This document shows, piece by piece, positions 8,631 through 18,100 of a DNA stretch of 64,000 bases. Numbering within the stretch: position 1 is the first letter of the stretch; every line of letters starts with the position of its first letter. This stretch comes from Gemmatimonadales bacterium (GTDB lineage Bacteria > Gemmatimonadota > Gemmatimonadetes > Gemmatimonadales > Gemmatimonadaceae). The notes below the pieces were generated by a model. It made no database searches and had not been told where the DNA came from. It was given only the letters and a program-made list of their open reading frames with translations. The DNA lies in NCBI GenBank assembly GCA_038236775.1, contig JBBRZK010000013.1, positions 148-64,147 of the forward strand, written 5' to 3'. The position numbers and the translations under genes are program-made.

Positions 8631-10235
8631 ATGGCCAGCAACGAATTGTCCCCCTGCTCCCCCGCGCTGCGCGCGTCGCGCATTGCGCTCGTCGCCGTGC
8701 TGTCTGCCGCCACCGCACTGCCCGCGCAGAAGACGTCCACCGAAACCGCCGCACGCGCCGCCGCGCATTCCTGGTGGCAGGCGAACGAGGGTGCGATCCT
8801 CTCCGAGTTCGCCGGCCTCCTCGCGCTCCCCAACCTGGCCACCGACTCCGTCGGCATCCGGCGGAACGCGACGTACCTGCTCGAGATGCTCGCACGCCGC
8901 GGATTCAGCAACACGCGGCTGCTCACCGTGCCCGGCGGGCCGCCTGCCGTCTATGGCGAACTTCCCGCGCCCGGCGCGACGCGCACGCTCGTCCTCTACG
9001 CGCACTACGACGGCCAGCCGCTCGACCCGAAACAGTGGACGTCGCCGCCGTGGTCACCCGTGCTGCGCGATCGCGAGCCGTCCGCGGGCGGGAAGGTGAT
9101 TTCCATGCCCGGCGTCGGTGAGCACGTCGATCCCACCGCGCGTCTCTACGCACGCTCCGCGGGCGATGACAAGGCGTCAATCATGGCCATCCTGGCCGCA
9201 CTCGACGCGATGCACGCCGCCGGAGAGAAACCCTCCGTGAACCTCAAGGTGTTCTTCGAGGGCGAGGAGGAGGCGAGCTCGCAGCACCTCGGCCAGATCC
9301 TCCAGCGCTATGCGCCGCAGCTGAAGGCCGATGCATGGATTTTCTGCGACGGCCCGGTGCACCAGAGCGGCCGGCAGCAGGTGCTCTTCGGCAATCGCGG
9401 TGTCACGGCGTTCGAGCTCACCGTGTACGGCGCCACGCGCGCCCTGCACAGCGGCCACTACGGCAACTGGGCGCCGAACCCGGGCATCATGCTCGCCAAC
9501 CTCGTCGCGAGCATGCGCGACGACGACGGCCACATCAGGATCGCCGGCTACTACGACGACATGCGGCCGATCACGCCGGCCGAGCATCGCGCGGTGGCGG
9601 CGCTTCCAAAGTACGACGCCGAGTTGCGCAAGGCACTCGGTCTTGCGCGCACGGAAGCCAACGACGCCCTGCTCGCCGAGCGCATCATGCTGCCCGCGTT
9701 CAACCTGCGGGGCATGCGCGTCGGCGGCGTACGGGAGACCGGCTCGAACACCATCGCCACGGAAGCCTACGCCTCGTTCGACCTGCGCCTCGTTCCCGGG
9801 CAGACGCCCGCGCACGTCCGCGAGCTCGTCGAGGCGCACATCCGGCGGCAGGGCTACTGGATCACGCATGACAGCGCCACGCTCGCCATGCGCCTCGCGC
9901 ATCCGAAGATCGCCCGCCTCGAATGGACGGAGGGATACAACGCGACACGCGCGCCGATGGACGGCCCCTTCGGCAAGGCGGTGATCGACGCGATGAGCGA
10001 TGGCGCGAAGGAGGCGCCCCTCGTCATGCCGACCTCGGGCGCCACCGGGCCGACGTACCTGTTCGAGCAGATCCTCAAGGTGCCGGTCGTCAACCTGCCC
10101 ATCGCCAACTACGACGACAACCAGCACGCGGCGGACGAGAACCTGCGCCTGCAGAACCTGTGGGACGGAATCGAGCTGTACGCTGCCCTGCTCGCGGGCA
10201 TCGGGCGGCACTGGGGCTCGCCAGCCATGCCCTAG
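8631..10235 (+). CDS. M20-family peptidase (dipeptidase / ArgE-DapE-like), secreted
   Basis: 534 aa with a signal-like N-terminus. Motifs: LYAHYDGQP, SAGDDKASI, FFEGEEE. Confidence 0.85.
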   Translation: MASNELSPCSPALRASRIALVAVLSAATALPAQKTSTETAARAAAHSWWQANEGAILSEFAGLLALPNLATDSVGIRRNATYLLEMLARRGFSNTRLLTVPGGPPAVYGELPAPGATRTLVLYAHYDGQPLDPKQWTSPPWSPVLRDREPSAGGKVISMPGVGEHVDPTARLYARSAGDDKASIMAILAALDAMHAAGEKPSVNLKVFFEGEEEASSQHLGQILQRYAPQLKADAWIFCDGPVHQSGRQQVLFGNRGVTAFELTVYGATRALHSGHYGNWAPNPGIMLANLVASMRDDDGHIRIAGYYDDMRPITPAEHRAVAALPKYDAELRKALGLARTEANDALLAERIMLPAFNLRGMRVGGVRETGSNTIATEAYASFDLRLVPGQTPAHVRELVEAHIRRQGYWITHDSATLAMRLAHPKIARLEWTEGYNATRAPMDGPFGKAVIDAMSDGAKEAPLVMPTSGATGPTYLFEQILKVPVVNLPIANYDDNQHAADENLRLQNLWDGIELYAALLAGIGRHWGSPAMP

Positions 10236-10259
10236 CACGACCAAACAGTCGGAAACGCG

Positions 10260-11696
10260 TCAGCCGCTCGCGCGCGGCAGCGGCAGCAACAGCGAGAACG
10301 TCGAGCCGCCGCCAGGCGTCTCCGCGAGCCGGAGGTCGCCGCCAAGCAGCCGCGCCAGCCTGCGTGCGATCGCGAGACCCACGCCGGTTCCCGGCGCCAC
10401 GGCCACCGTGGCGGGGACACGAAAGAATTCCTCGAACACCCGCTCCCTGAGAGTTTCCGGGATGCCGGGTCCGCTGTCCGACACGTCACACGCGATCACC
10501 GCGCCGATCTCGGCATCGTTACCGAGGGATATGCGGACCTGCACCCGCCCACCGCGTGGCGTGTATTTCACGGCGTTCGACAGCATGTTGCCCAGCACTT
10601 GCCTCACGCGCAGTGGATCGGTCGAGAGCACGGCTGACTTGCTGTCCGGAAATGACTCCACGACGAACTGGAGCGCGATGCCGCCCGCGTCGCTCATCGC
10701 GCGATAGTCGTCCACGCAGTCCTTCGCGATGTCGGCGAAATCACTCTCCCGCCGATCGATGCGAAGTCCCTCGGCATCCGTTCGCGAGAGCTCGACCAGG
10801 TCGTTCACGGTGTCCAGCGTCGCCGAGAGCAGGCTGCGGAGGCGTGCGATCACCTTGGCCTGTGCGTCGGGAACGGGTCCAAGTGCTTCGTCCGCGAGGA
10901 GGTCCGCGTAGCCGCGCGCGGCGCCGAGCGGGTTCTTGAGGTCGTGGGTGACACCGCGCATGAGTGCCGACTTTGCCGCCATGGCCCGCTCCGCGTCGCG
11001 TTGCCCCTTCGCCGCCGCCTGTGACAGCAGGATGGTGCGCCGTGCGGTCCACCCGACGGCGGCCAGTGCCAGCAGCGCGAGCGGCACCAACCAGGTGGGC
11101 ACGAGCATGCTGAGTCGTTCCAGGTGACTGAGCGTCGTACGCTGCAGCAGCAAGATACGCGTCAGCTCGTCCTCGAGCTTCTGGAGATCCGCGAGCGCGA
11201 GCTCCACCGCTTCCCACCGTCGCGCCCGGGCAGCAGTGGACGACGTCCCATGGGTGGCGCCCTGCTTCGTGCGCGCCTGCTCGGCGAATCGATCCTCCTC
11301 GCGTCGCCATGCCTCGATGGACGCCGTCGCGGCGCCGAACAGGGACGCGCTCTCGATGCCCACGTGCTTCACGAGCGAGTCGAGCCCCCGTTCGTCGTCG
11401 GCGATGGCCGCTTGCGCGGCGGCCGCTGCCGTCGCGGCCGCCGACGACTGGCCGCTGCCTTCGGCCAGCTCGCCCCGCGCGGCGAAGTCGGTGGCCAGTG
11501 CGGCTTCGAGGTCGTTCGTGCGGACCAGCGATGGCGAGACGTACTCGGAAACGAAGCTCCGGATTCCCTGCAGCCGTCCACTGATGAAGAACGGCACACT
11601 GAAGACGATCACCAGCGCAACGGCGATGAGCACGAGCGGCATCCACCACAAGCGCGATTGCCGGATCGGTTTGTTGTCGTCGGGTGGTGGCGTCAT
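10260..11696 (-). CDS. sensor histidine kinase (no adjacent response regulator)
   Basis: 478 aa with two TM segments flanking a helical sensor region. H-box GVTHDLKNPL. ATP-binding boxes NAVKYTPRGG, DSGPGIP, GTGVGLAIA. Confidence 0.9.
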   Translation of the reverse strand: MTPPPDDNKPIRQSRLWWMPLVLIAVALVIVFSVPFFISGRLQGIRSFVSEYVSPSLVRTNDLEAALATDFAARGELAEGSGQSSAAATAAAAAQAAIADDERGLDSLVKHVGIESASLFGAATASIEAWRREEDRFAEQARTKQGATHGTSSTAARARRWEAVELALADLQKLEDELTRILLLQRTTLSHLERLSMLVPTWLVPLALLALAAVGWTARRTILLSQAAAKGQRDAERAMAAKSALMRGVTHDLKNPLGAARGYADLLADEALGPVPDAQAKVIARLRSLLSATLDTVNDLVELSRTDAEGLRIDRRESDFADIAKDCVDDYRAMSDAGGIALQFVVESFPDSKSAVLSTDPLRVRQVLGNMLSNAVKYTPRGGRVQVRISLGNDAEIGAVIACDVSDSGPGIPETLRERVFEEFFRVPATVAVAPGTGVGLAIARRLARLLGGDLRLAETPGGGSTFSLLLPLPRASG

Positions 11697-11840
11697 TGGG
11701 AGCGGGAAGAGTGCATGCGCGACGTTCGTCGCGCGCCGGTGCTCATTGATAGCATGATCGTGTCCTCGAGAGCATCAACGTGTTCGTGATAGCACGATCA
11801 TGTCCTTGGTGGCGACGGCAGGGTAGTTCACCCTGGGCAC

Positions 11841-11885
11841 TTGTGAGCCGGTCGTCTGCCATGTATAGTTCATCACATGAACTAT
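11841..11885 (+). promoter_or_regulatory. putative sigma70-like promoter (TTGTGA-N17-TATAGT) and 9-3-9 perfect palindrome operator overlapping the marR start codon
   Basis: TTGTGA lies at 11841-11846 and TATAGT at 11864-11869. ATAGTTCAT-cac-ATGAACTAT spans 11865-11885, and the right arm begins with the ATG of the MarR gene. Confidence 0.4.
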
Positions 11886-12329
11886 CCGTTGGGCGCTGAG
11901 ACGGTGGCGACGCATGAGGTGGGTCCCGACACGGGGTCCATGTTCGCCGTGCTGAGCGCCGCGCGAGGGATTCAGGAGCGGCTGGAAGCCGAGCTGGAGG
12001 GTGTGGGGCTCTCGCCAGCGAAGTATCAGGCCCTCGATGCCCTTGCGCGTGCCGGGGAGTCGCTGGCGTTGAGCGAGCTGGCCGGTTGTCTCAAGTGCGT
12101 CCGGTCGAACATCACGCAGCTCGTCGATCGGCTCGAGGCGGATGGGCTCGTGAAGCGCGTAGACGATCCGACCGACCGGCGCGCTATCCGCGCCGTGGTC
12201 ACGCCGGTGGGGATGGAACGACATGCTGCCGGTGTCCAGGTGATCCAGGAGATGCAGGCGACCCTTGCGATGCGCGTGTCGCCTGGCGACCGCGCCGCCT
12301 TCCTTCGTGTACTGGCGGCGCTACGCTGA
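11877..12329 (+). CDS. MarR-family transcriptional regulator
   Basis: 150 aa. Winged-helix segment LSPAKYQALDALARAGESLALSELAGCLKCVRSNITQLVDRLEADGLVKRVDDPTDRR. Confidence 0.9.
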   Translation: MNYPLGAETVATHEVGPDTGSMFAVLSAARGIQERLEAELEGVGLSPAKYQALDALARAGESLALSELAGCLKCVRSNITQLVDRLEADGLVKRVDDPTDRRAIRAVVTPVGMERHAAGVQVIQEMQATLAMRVSPGDRAAFLRVLAALR

Positions 12330-12541
12330 AGAAACTTTTTTCGCGAACATGCAGTTCATGTATGTATAATCTGTACGCCGTACGAGTATCGATGTCGAAT
12401 TGACGTGACCTGGTTCGACATGAGAGAAGGAATCCATCGGGGCCCTGTCCCCGTAGGTTGAGGACGCCACAGGTACGACCGGATGGCCGCAGGCGTTCGA
12501 GCAAGTCAAGGCCGGCGACGAACGCCGGAGGAGCATGACAC

Positions 12542-13474
12542 GTGTCATACAGCACCACGCCCGCCGCCGGGAGCCGGCCCGCGGGCCTACGCACTGGAAC
12601 CATACGCATCGGCCTCGCGCTCGCGGTGATTGCCGCACTCACTGCATTCGCCGTACGCGCCAGGGCGCAGGGCCTCCCCATGTCGAGCGGGCTGGCGCTC
12701 TTGCCTGCCGGCCTGCCCCATGGTCCTTCGCGAGCCACGGAACTGACGTCAGCGGTTCGCAATATCGTGCTGGCGCCGGTGCCGTTCGCCGTCGGCGAGG
12801 AACTCACGTACAAGGCGAGCTTCGGCGGCATTCCCGCCGGCTCGGCACGGATGCGCGTCGATGGCATCGAGATGGTCCGTGGGCGGCCGGCATATCACGT
12901 CCTTTTCTCCATCGACGGCGGCGTCCCGTTCTACCGCGTGCACGATCGCTACGAGAGCTGGATCGACGTGCAGACGCTGGCGTCGTTGCGCCACCGGCAG
13001 GAGATCGCCGAGGGGCGGTACCATCGAAGCACAGTCTACGAGATCTACCCCGAGCGGGCGAGCTACCAGAAGGACGATGAGCCCATGGAAGCCAGCGTCG
13101 CGAATCCGCTCGACGACGGTTCGTTCGTCTACGCTGTTCGCGCGGCCCGCGTGCGCGTGGGGGAGACCCGGCGCGACGACCGGTACTTCCGCCCGGATCG
13201 CAATCCGGTGGTGCTCACGGGACTTCGCAACGACACGATCACCGTGAATGCCGGCACCTTTCCCACGATCGTCGTGCGCCCCTCCATCAAGGCGAACGGG
13301 CTGTTCTCGGAGAATGGCGATGCGCAGATCTGGTTCAGTGACGACGCGAGCCGGTATCCGGTTCAGGTGAAGACGCACTTCTCGCGCTTCTCGCTCACGC
13401 TGTCACTGCAGTCCGTGACGCCGGGTGATGTGTCGTCGCACGAGCGGCTGGTCACTACCGCAATGGCGAAGTAG
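12542..13474 (+). CDS. DUF3108-like secreted protein
   Basis: 310 aa. GTG start lies 8-10 nt after GGAGGAG (12527-12533). Signal peptide present. GEELTYKASFGGIPAGSARMRV..RPAYHV pattern resembles DUF3108. Confidence 0.65.
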   Translation: MSYSTTPAAGSRPAGLRTGTIRIGLALAVIAALTAFAVRARAQGLPMSSGLALLPAGLPHGPSRATELTSAVRNIVLAPVPFAVGEELTYKASFGGIPAGSARMRVDGIEMVRGRPAYHVLFSIDGGVPFYRVHDRYESWIDVQTLASLRHRQEIAEGRYHRSTVYEIYPERASYQKDDEPMEASVANPLDDGSFVYAVRAARVRVGETRRDDRYFRPDRNPVVLTGLRNDTITVNAGTFPTIVVRPSIKANGLFSENGDAQIWFSDDASRYPVQVKTHFSRFSLTLSLQSVTPGDVSSHERLVTTAMAK

Positions 13475-13491
13475 CGCTCGGCGTCGGTGCG

Positions 13492-13524
13492 AAAAAACGG
13501 CGGACCTGTCTTTCGGGTCCGCCG
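13492..13524. terminator. intrinsic terminator hairpin, strongest on the minus strand (A6 / stem / U-G-rich)
   Basis: CGGCGGACC (13498-13506) pairs with GGTCCGCCG (13516-13524) around a 9-nt loop. AAAAAA at 13492-13497 becomes a U6 tail for minus-strand transcripts (rsmD plus repeat array). A weaker tgctgtgtgtgg tail serves the plus strand (DUF3108 gene). Confidence 0.6.
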
Positions 13525-13546
13525 TGCTGTGTGTGGCCTTGAAGCA

Positions 13547-13740
13547 GAAGCAGATCCTTCGCTTTCGCTCAGGATGACAGGCCGCGGGTCGCGTCGCTCA
13601 GGATGACAGGCCGCGGGTCGCGTCGCGCAGGATGACAGGCCGCGGGTCGCGTCGCGCAGGATGACAATCTCCCGGGTCGCTGCGCGCAGGATGACAATCT
13701 CCCGGGTCGCTGCGCGCAGGATGACAGTCGATTGGGCGCG
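13547..13740 (-). repeat. one full copy of the dispersed repeat (reverse orientation) followed by 6 tandem units of 29-30 bp built on its GCTCAGGATGACA half
   Basis: GAAGCAGATCCTTCGCTTTCGCTCAGGATGACAG is followed by CAGGATGACA recurring at 13570, 13599, 13628, 13657, 13687 and 13717. Unit types follow the order A,A,A',B,B,C. Confidence 0.9.
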
Positions 13741-13769
13741 CGCCCGCCCACGCGGAACTGTGTGCGCCG

Positions 13770-14330
13770 TTACGCCGGTGCCCGCGGCACGTCGGCAGGC
13801 GTCATCGGCACAGGTGGAAGCCGGTACAGCGTGACGACAGTGTCGTCGAACATTCGTTGCTTGTCACCGACCGGAACGACGTGAGTTCGCGCGTGCTCGA
13901 TGACGAGCACGCGCGCGAATCGTCCGGCACTCCAGCTCGCGAGGATCAGGTCGAGCATCCGCGATCCGTAGGGCGGGTCGGCAAACGCGATGTCGTAGCT
14001 GTCCGGCTTCAACGCCGCGGCGAACGGGATCGCGTCGCGCTTGAAGATCCGCACGCGCTCGAGCAGCCGCAGTGTCGCGACGTTCGCCCGAAGGGCGTGC
14101 AGGCTCGACGGCCGGAATTCCACGAAATCGGCGCTGTGTGCCCCGCGCGATAGCGCCTCGAGCGCAAGCGCTCCCGTACCGGCGAAAAGGTCGAGGACCC
14201 GCGCATTCTTCACCTCCGCCGCGAGCATGTCCATGATCGCGACGCGGACCAGTTCCGCCGTGGGCCGCACGCGCGCATCGGCAGGCGACAGGAGGTCCCT
14301 ACCGGCAAATTTTCCCCCGACGATTCGCAC
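13770..14330 (-). CDS. rsmD: 16S rRNA (guanine966-N2)-methyltransferase RsmD
   Basis: Lies within ORF 13770..14417. GTG 14330 is preceded by AGGAGG (14338-14343 on the minus strand). Motifs: VRPTAELVRVAIMDML, LDLFAGTGALALEALSRGA, FADPPY. Confidence 0.85.
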   Translation of the reverse strand: MRIVGGKFAGRDLLSPADARVRPTAELVRVAIMDMLAAEVKNARVLDLFAGTGALALEALSRGAHSADFVEFRPSSLHALRANVATLRLLERVRIFKRDAIPFAAALKPDSYDIAFADPPYGSRMLDLILASWSAGRFARVLVIEHARTHVVPVGDKQRMFDDTVVTLYRLPPVPMTPADVPRAPA

Positions 14331-14417
14331 CGGTGCCCTCCTGGTTGTGGCCGGGCATGAACCCGCCCATGCCGAAACTAGCGCTCGGCAACGTGAGCCT
14401 TGACGTACAGGCGACAA

Positions 14418-14433
14418 TGCTGAATATTCAGCA
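14418..14433. promoter_or_regulatory. 16-bp perfect palindrome TGCTGAATATTCAGCA about 90 bp upstream of rsmD (candidate operator)
   Basis: The sequence is self-complementary as read. It is AT-rich in a GC-rich context and lies in the rsmD upstream region. Confidence 0.3.
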
Positions 14434-14455
14434 CTGTTGATTTTTCAGCCTTCTC

Positions 14456-14640
14456 TGTCATCATGAGCGCAGCGGCCTGCCCTCGAGGAGCGAAAGCGAC
14501 GAAGGGACGGATCTGCTTGTCTGCCACGTCGCGAAGGATCTGCTTCTCTGCCACGCAGCTGAAGGATCTGCTTGTCCGTCGTGCAGCGCAGTATCCGCTT
14601 GCCCGTTGTGCAGTGAAGGAGCTGTCCACTGTTGTCCATG
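14456..14640 (+). repeat. forward-orientation partial copy of the dispersed repeat followed by about 5 degenerate tandem units (27-28 bp) built on its GAAGGATCTGCTT half
   Basis: Begins GTCATCATGAGCGCAGCG. GATCTGCTT occurs at 14510, 14537 and 14565, with degenerate versions at 14592 and 14619. Confidence 0.8.
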
Positions 14641-14679
14641 CAATGCTGTGAGCTGAGTGCGCCGCCGCGCGCCGCTCGC

Positions 14680-14934
14680 TACGAGGACCGGTTCGCGCCA
14701 TATGCGACGCCCGCAGGCACTCCGCTCGGTTTCAACGTGCTGCAGCTGCGATCGAACAACGTCGTGCGCTGGGAGTTCCGTCCGGGGTCCACGCTGTTCG
14801 CGGTCTGGACGCATGGCCGCAACGGGTATGACCTGAGTTAGGTGGAGCGCAGCCTGCGGGGACAGTACGACGACCTGCTCGCGCTGCACCCGGACAACAC
14901 GTTTCTCCTGAAGCTGGAATACTGGCTCGACTGA
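14680..14934 (+). pseudogene. C-terminal relic of a CBM9/DUF5916-type protein gene with an in-frame TAG
   Basis: Frame-1 translation is YEDRFAPYATPAGTPLGFNVLQLRSNNVVRWEFRPGSTLFAVWTHGRNGYDLS*VERSLRGQYDDLLALHPDNTFLLKLEYWLD*. The RWE(F/Y)RPGS...(K)L.YW tail is typical of the family C-terminus. No upstream coding partner exists; the repeat array abuts it. Confidence 0.55.
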
Positions 14935-15139
14935 GTATCGCGACACGAACCTCGAACGGGATTCCGACCGGCGTCGGCGGGCCGGTGCCGGTGCCCGAGT
15001 GCTTCTCCTTCGCGACGAACGCGAGCCTGCGAAATCGATACGTCTGGCGGCGACTGATGCAGGGGCGGTGCGCCTTGCTCGCGCGCAATGCCGCGACGCA
15101 TGTTCCGCAGGCCGCATTCCCGACACCTCCAGGACACCA

Positions 15140-18100
15140 ATGATCAATCTCGCCGCCTCCCGCCTGTCTGTAGCCACTCTCGCGATTGTCGGACTGATCG
15201 CCGCACGTCCCGCCCATGCCCCCACTGCCGCGCCGCTCGTGGATCCGCGTCTCTACGCGGGGCTGACATGGCGCAACCTCGGGCCGTTCCGCGCGGGTCG
15301 GGTGGCCGCGGTCACGGGTGCCATCGGACAGCCGGGGGTGTTCTACGCCGGGCTGCCGGCTGGCGGCGTCTGGAAGACGACCAGCGCCGGCCAGACATGG
15401 TTCCCCATCTTCGACGCCATCACCGACGTCGCCTCCGTGGGCGCCATCGAGGTGGCGCCGTCGGATCCCGCTGTCGTGTACGTGGGGACCGGCGACATGG
15501 TGACGGGTGGCGCCATCAACGAGGGCAACGGCGTCTATCGCTCGTCGGATGCGGGCAGGACATGGCGACACGTCGGCCTCGAGCAAACGAAGCAGATTCC
15601 ATCCATGCTGGTGGACGTGCGCGATCCCAACGTCGTGCTCGTGGCCGCCCAGGGCGACGTTCACGGGAAGAGCGACGCGCGCGGCGTGTTCCGCACGACC
15701 GATGGCGGCGCCACGTGGACGCGCACTCTCGTCATCGCCGACAGCCTCGGGGTGCAGAAGCTCGCGCGTGCCAGCGACGTTCCGTCCGTCATCTTCGCGA
15801 CGACAGTGCGTCACTACACGGCGCCTGTCACCACCACCGTCGCCGCTGGACCTCCCGCGCCGGTGCCTGATGGCGCATCCACCGGCACGGCGCTCTACAA
15901 GTCCACGGACGGCGGCGTGACCTGGCGCGAAATGAGCGGCGGTGGATTGCCGACGCTCAATGGGCGCACGTCGGTTGCCGTCGCCATGCACACCAATGCG
16001 CAGCGGGTCTTCCTCGTCAGCAACACGGGGCTCTGGCGCTCCGACGACGGTGGTGCGAACTGGCAGCCGATGGCGAGCGACGACCTGCGCATCCGCAACG
16101 GACAGGGCGGCTACAACTGCGGCGTGTACGTGGACCCATCGAACCCCGATGTCGTCTACACCATCAGCACGTCGAGCTACAAGTCCGTGGACGGCGGCCG
16201 GACGTTCACCGGCTTCAAGGGCGCGCCGGGCGGCGACGATCCGCAGCAACTCTGGATCGACCCGACGGACGGACAGCGCATGCTCATGGGCCTCGACCAG
16301 GGTGCAGTCGTCACGCTCGACGGCGGCGGCACATGGACGTCGTACTACAACCAGTCCACGGAACAGATCTATCACCTCGCCATCGACAACTCGTCGCCCT
16401 GGTGGGTGTATGGCACGCAGCAGGATGCGGGCGCCATCCGCACGCGCATCCGCGGCAACCTCGGCGCCGTGACGCCGCTCGACTGGAATCCCGTGTCCGG
16501 CTGGGAATGGGGCACCATCCTGCCCGATCCGCTCGATCCGAACACTGTGTACTCGAGCGGCTCCGGCATCCTCAAGATCACGTACCCGAGCGAGCAGTGG
16601 ATCAATGTCAGTCCCGCGACAAACACGTCGCTGAAGCTGCGCACCACATCCTCGCAGCCCATCGTGTTCGCGCCGTGGAACAAGCACATGCTCATCGCCG
16701 GATTCCAGCAACTGATGGCCACCACGGACAGTGGCGCGCACTGGACGCAGCTGAGCCCCGACCTCACGGTGCGGAGCGATGCACCACCTGCGCCATCCAC
16801 GGCCGGTGGATTCGCGCCACCGGGAGGCGCCATCGAGTCGATCTCGCCGTCCACGGTCGCCGCGGGAACGATCTGGGTGGGCACGGGCAACGGCCTCGTC
16901 AAAGTGACGCGCGACGCGGGCAAGATGTGGGAGGACGCGACGATTCCCGGATTGCCGATACCCGCTCGCGCCGAGGTGACGATCGAATCGTCGCACATCG
17001 ACGCGGCGTCCGCGTATGCGTCGATCGACCTGCATCGCGTGGGTGACTATGCCCCGTACTTCTACCGCACGCACGACTACGGAAAGACATGGACGAAGAT
17101 CATCGCCGGCCTGCCGACGAATCAGCCAAGTGGCAGTTTCTCGCGCGTGATCCGCAACGACACGAAGAAGGCGGGCCTGTTGTTCGCCGGCACCGAGAGC
17201 GGGATGTACGTGTCCTTCGATGACGGCGACGACTGGCAGTCGCTCATGCAGAACCTGCCGAATACGTCGTACCGCGATATCGCCATCAAGGACAACGACC
17301 TCGTCGTCGCGACCTACGGGCGCGGCTTCTGGGTGCTCGACGACTACTCGATGCTGCGCGAGATCGCTCCCGCCATCGCGAACGAGCCCGCGCACCTGTT
17401 CAAGCCGGGCGACGTGGTGCGCACGCGCCGCAACGTCGGCGCCGACACGCCCTTTCCGCCTGAGGTGCCGCACGCGCTGAATCCCGCGGAAGGCGTGGCG
17501 CTCGACTACTGGCTGGCGCAGGCCCCCGCACGCCCGATCACGCTCGACGTGCTCGACGCATCCGGCGCCGTCGTCCGGCACCTCTCGAGCGCACCGATCG
17601 CGCCCGTGACGGAAGCCGCTCGCCCGCCGCACCCGAATTTCTGGGTTGCCGCGCCGTCACCACTTCCCTCGGCTGCCGGAACGAATCGCGCGCACTGGGA
17701 CCTGCGGTACGACGCGCCACCGGCCCTCGCGCACACGTTCGAGATCAACGCGAATCCCGCCCTCACGCCGACATCGCCGGAGGGTGCCGTGGCGCTGCCG
17801 GGCACATACACGCTGCGCCTCACGGTGGACGGCCGGAGCTACACGCAGTCCGTCTCGGTGCAACCCGATCCACACTCGCCGGCGTCACTCGCCGCGCTGC
17901 GGGCGCAGCATGCACTCCTCATGCGGCTCACCGATGCGATCAGGCTCTCGTACGAAGGGCACGAACTGGCCGGCGCTCTCCGGATCGCGCTCCGAGGTGC
18001 GGCGCCCGCGGGTGTGACGCCGGAGATGCCTGACGTCGCGGCTCGGGCGGTCACGCTGCTGGCGCAACTCGACACCGTGGCCGGACTCGATGGCGAGCGC

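Noticed and set aside
13566-13740. Possible CRISPR array (regular 29-30-bp periodicity).
   Set aside because: The units consist of a conserved half plus a semi-conserved half that itself repeats (A,A,A',B,B,C), so there are no unique spacers. No cas genes or leader are present. The conserved part belongs to a repeat dispersed elsewhere in the window. It is better described as a minisatellite.
14418-14433. The palindrome TGCTGAATATTCAGCA as a LexA (SOS) or Fur box.
   Set aside because: The E. coli-type LexA box is CTG-N10-CAG, but this sequence has CTG-N6-CAG. It does not match the GATAAT hexamer logic of Fur boxes. No lexA or fur gene is nearby. It is kept only as an unassigned candidate operator.
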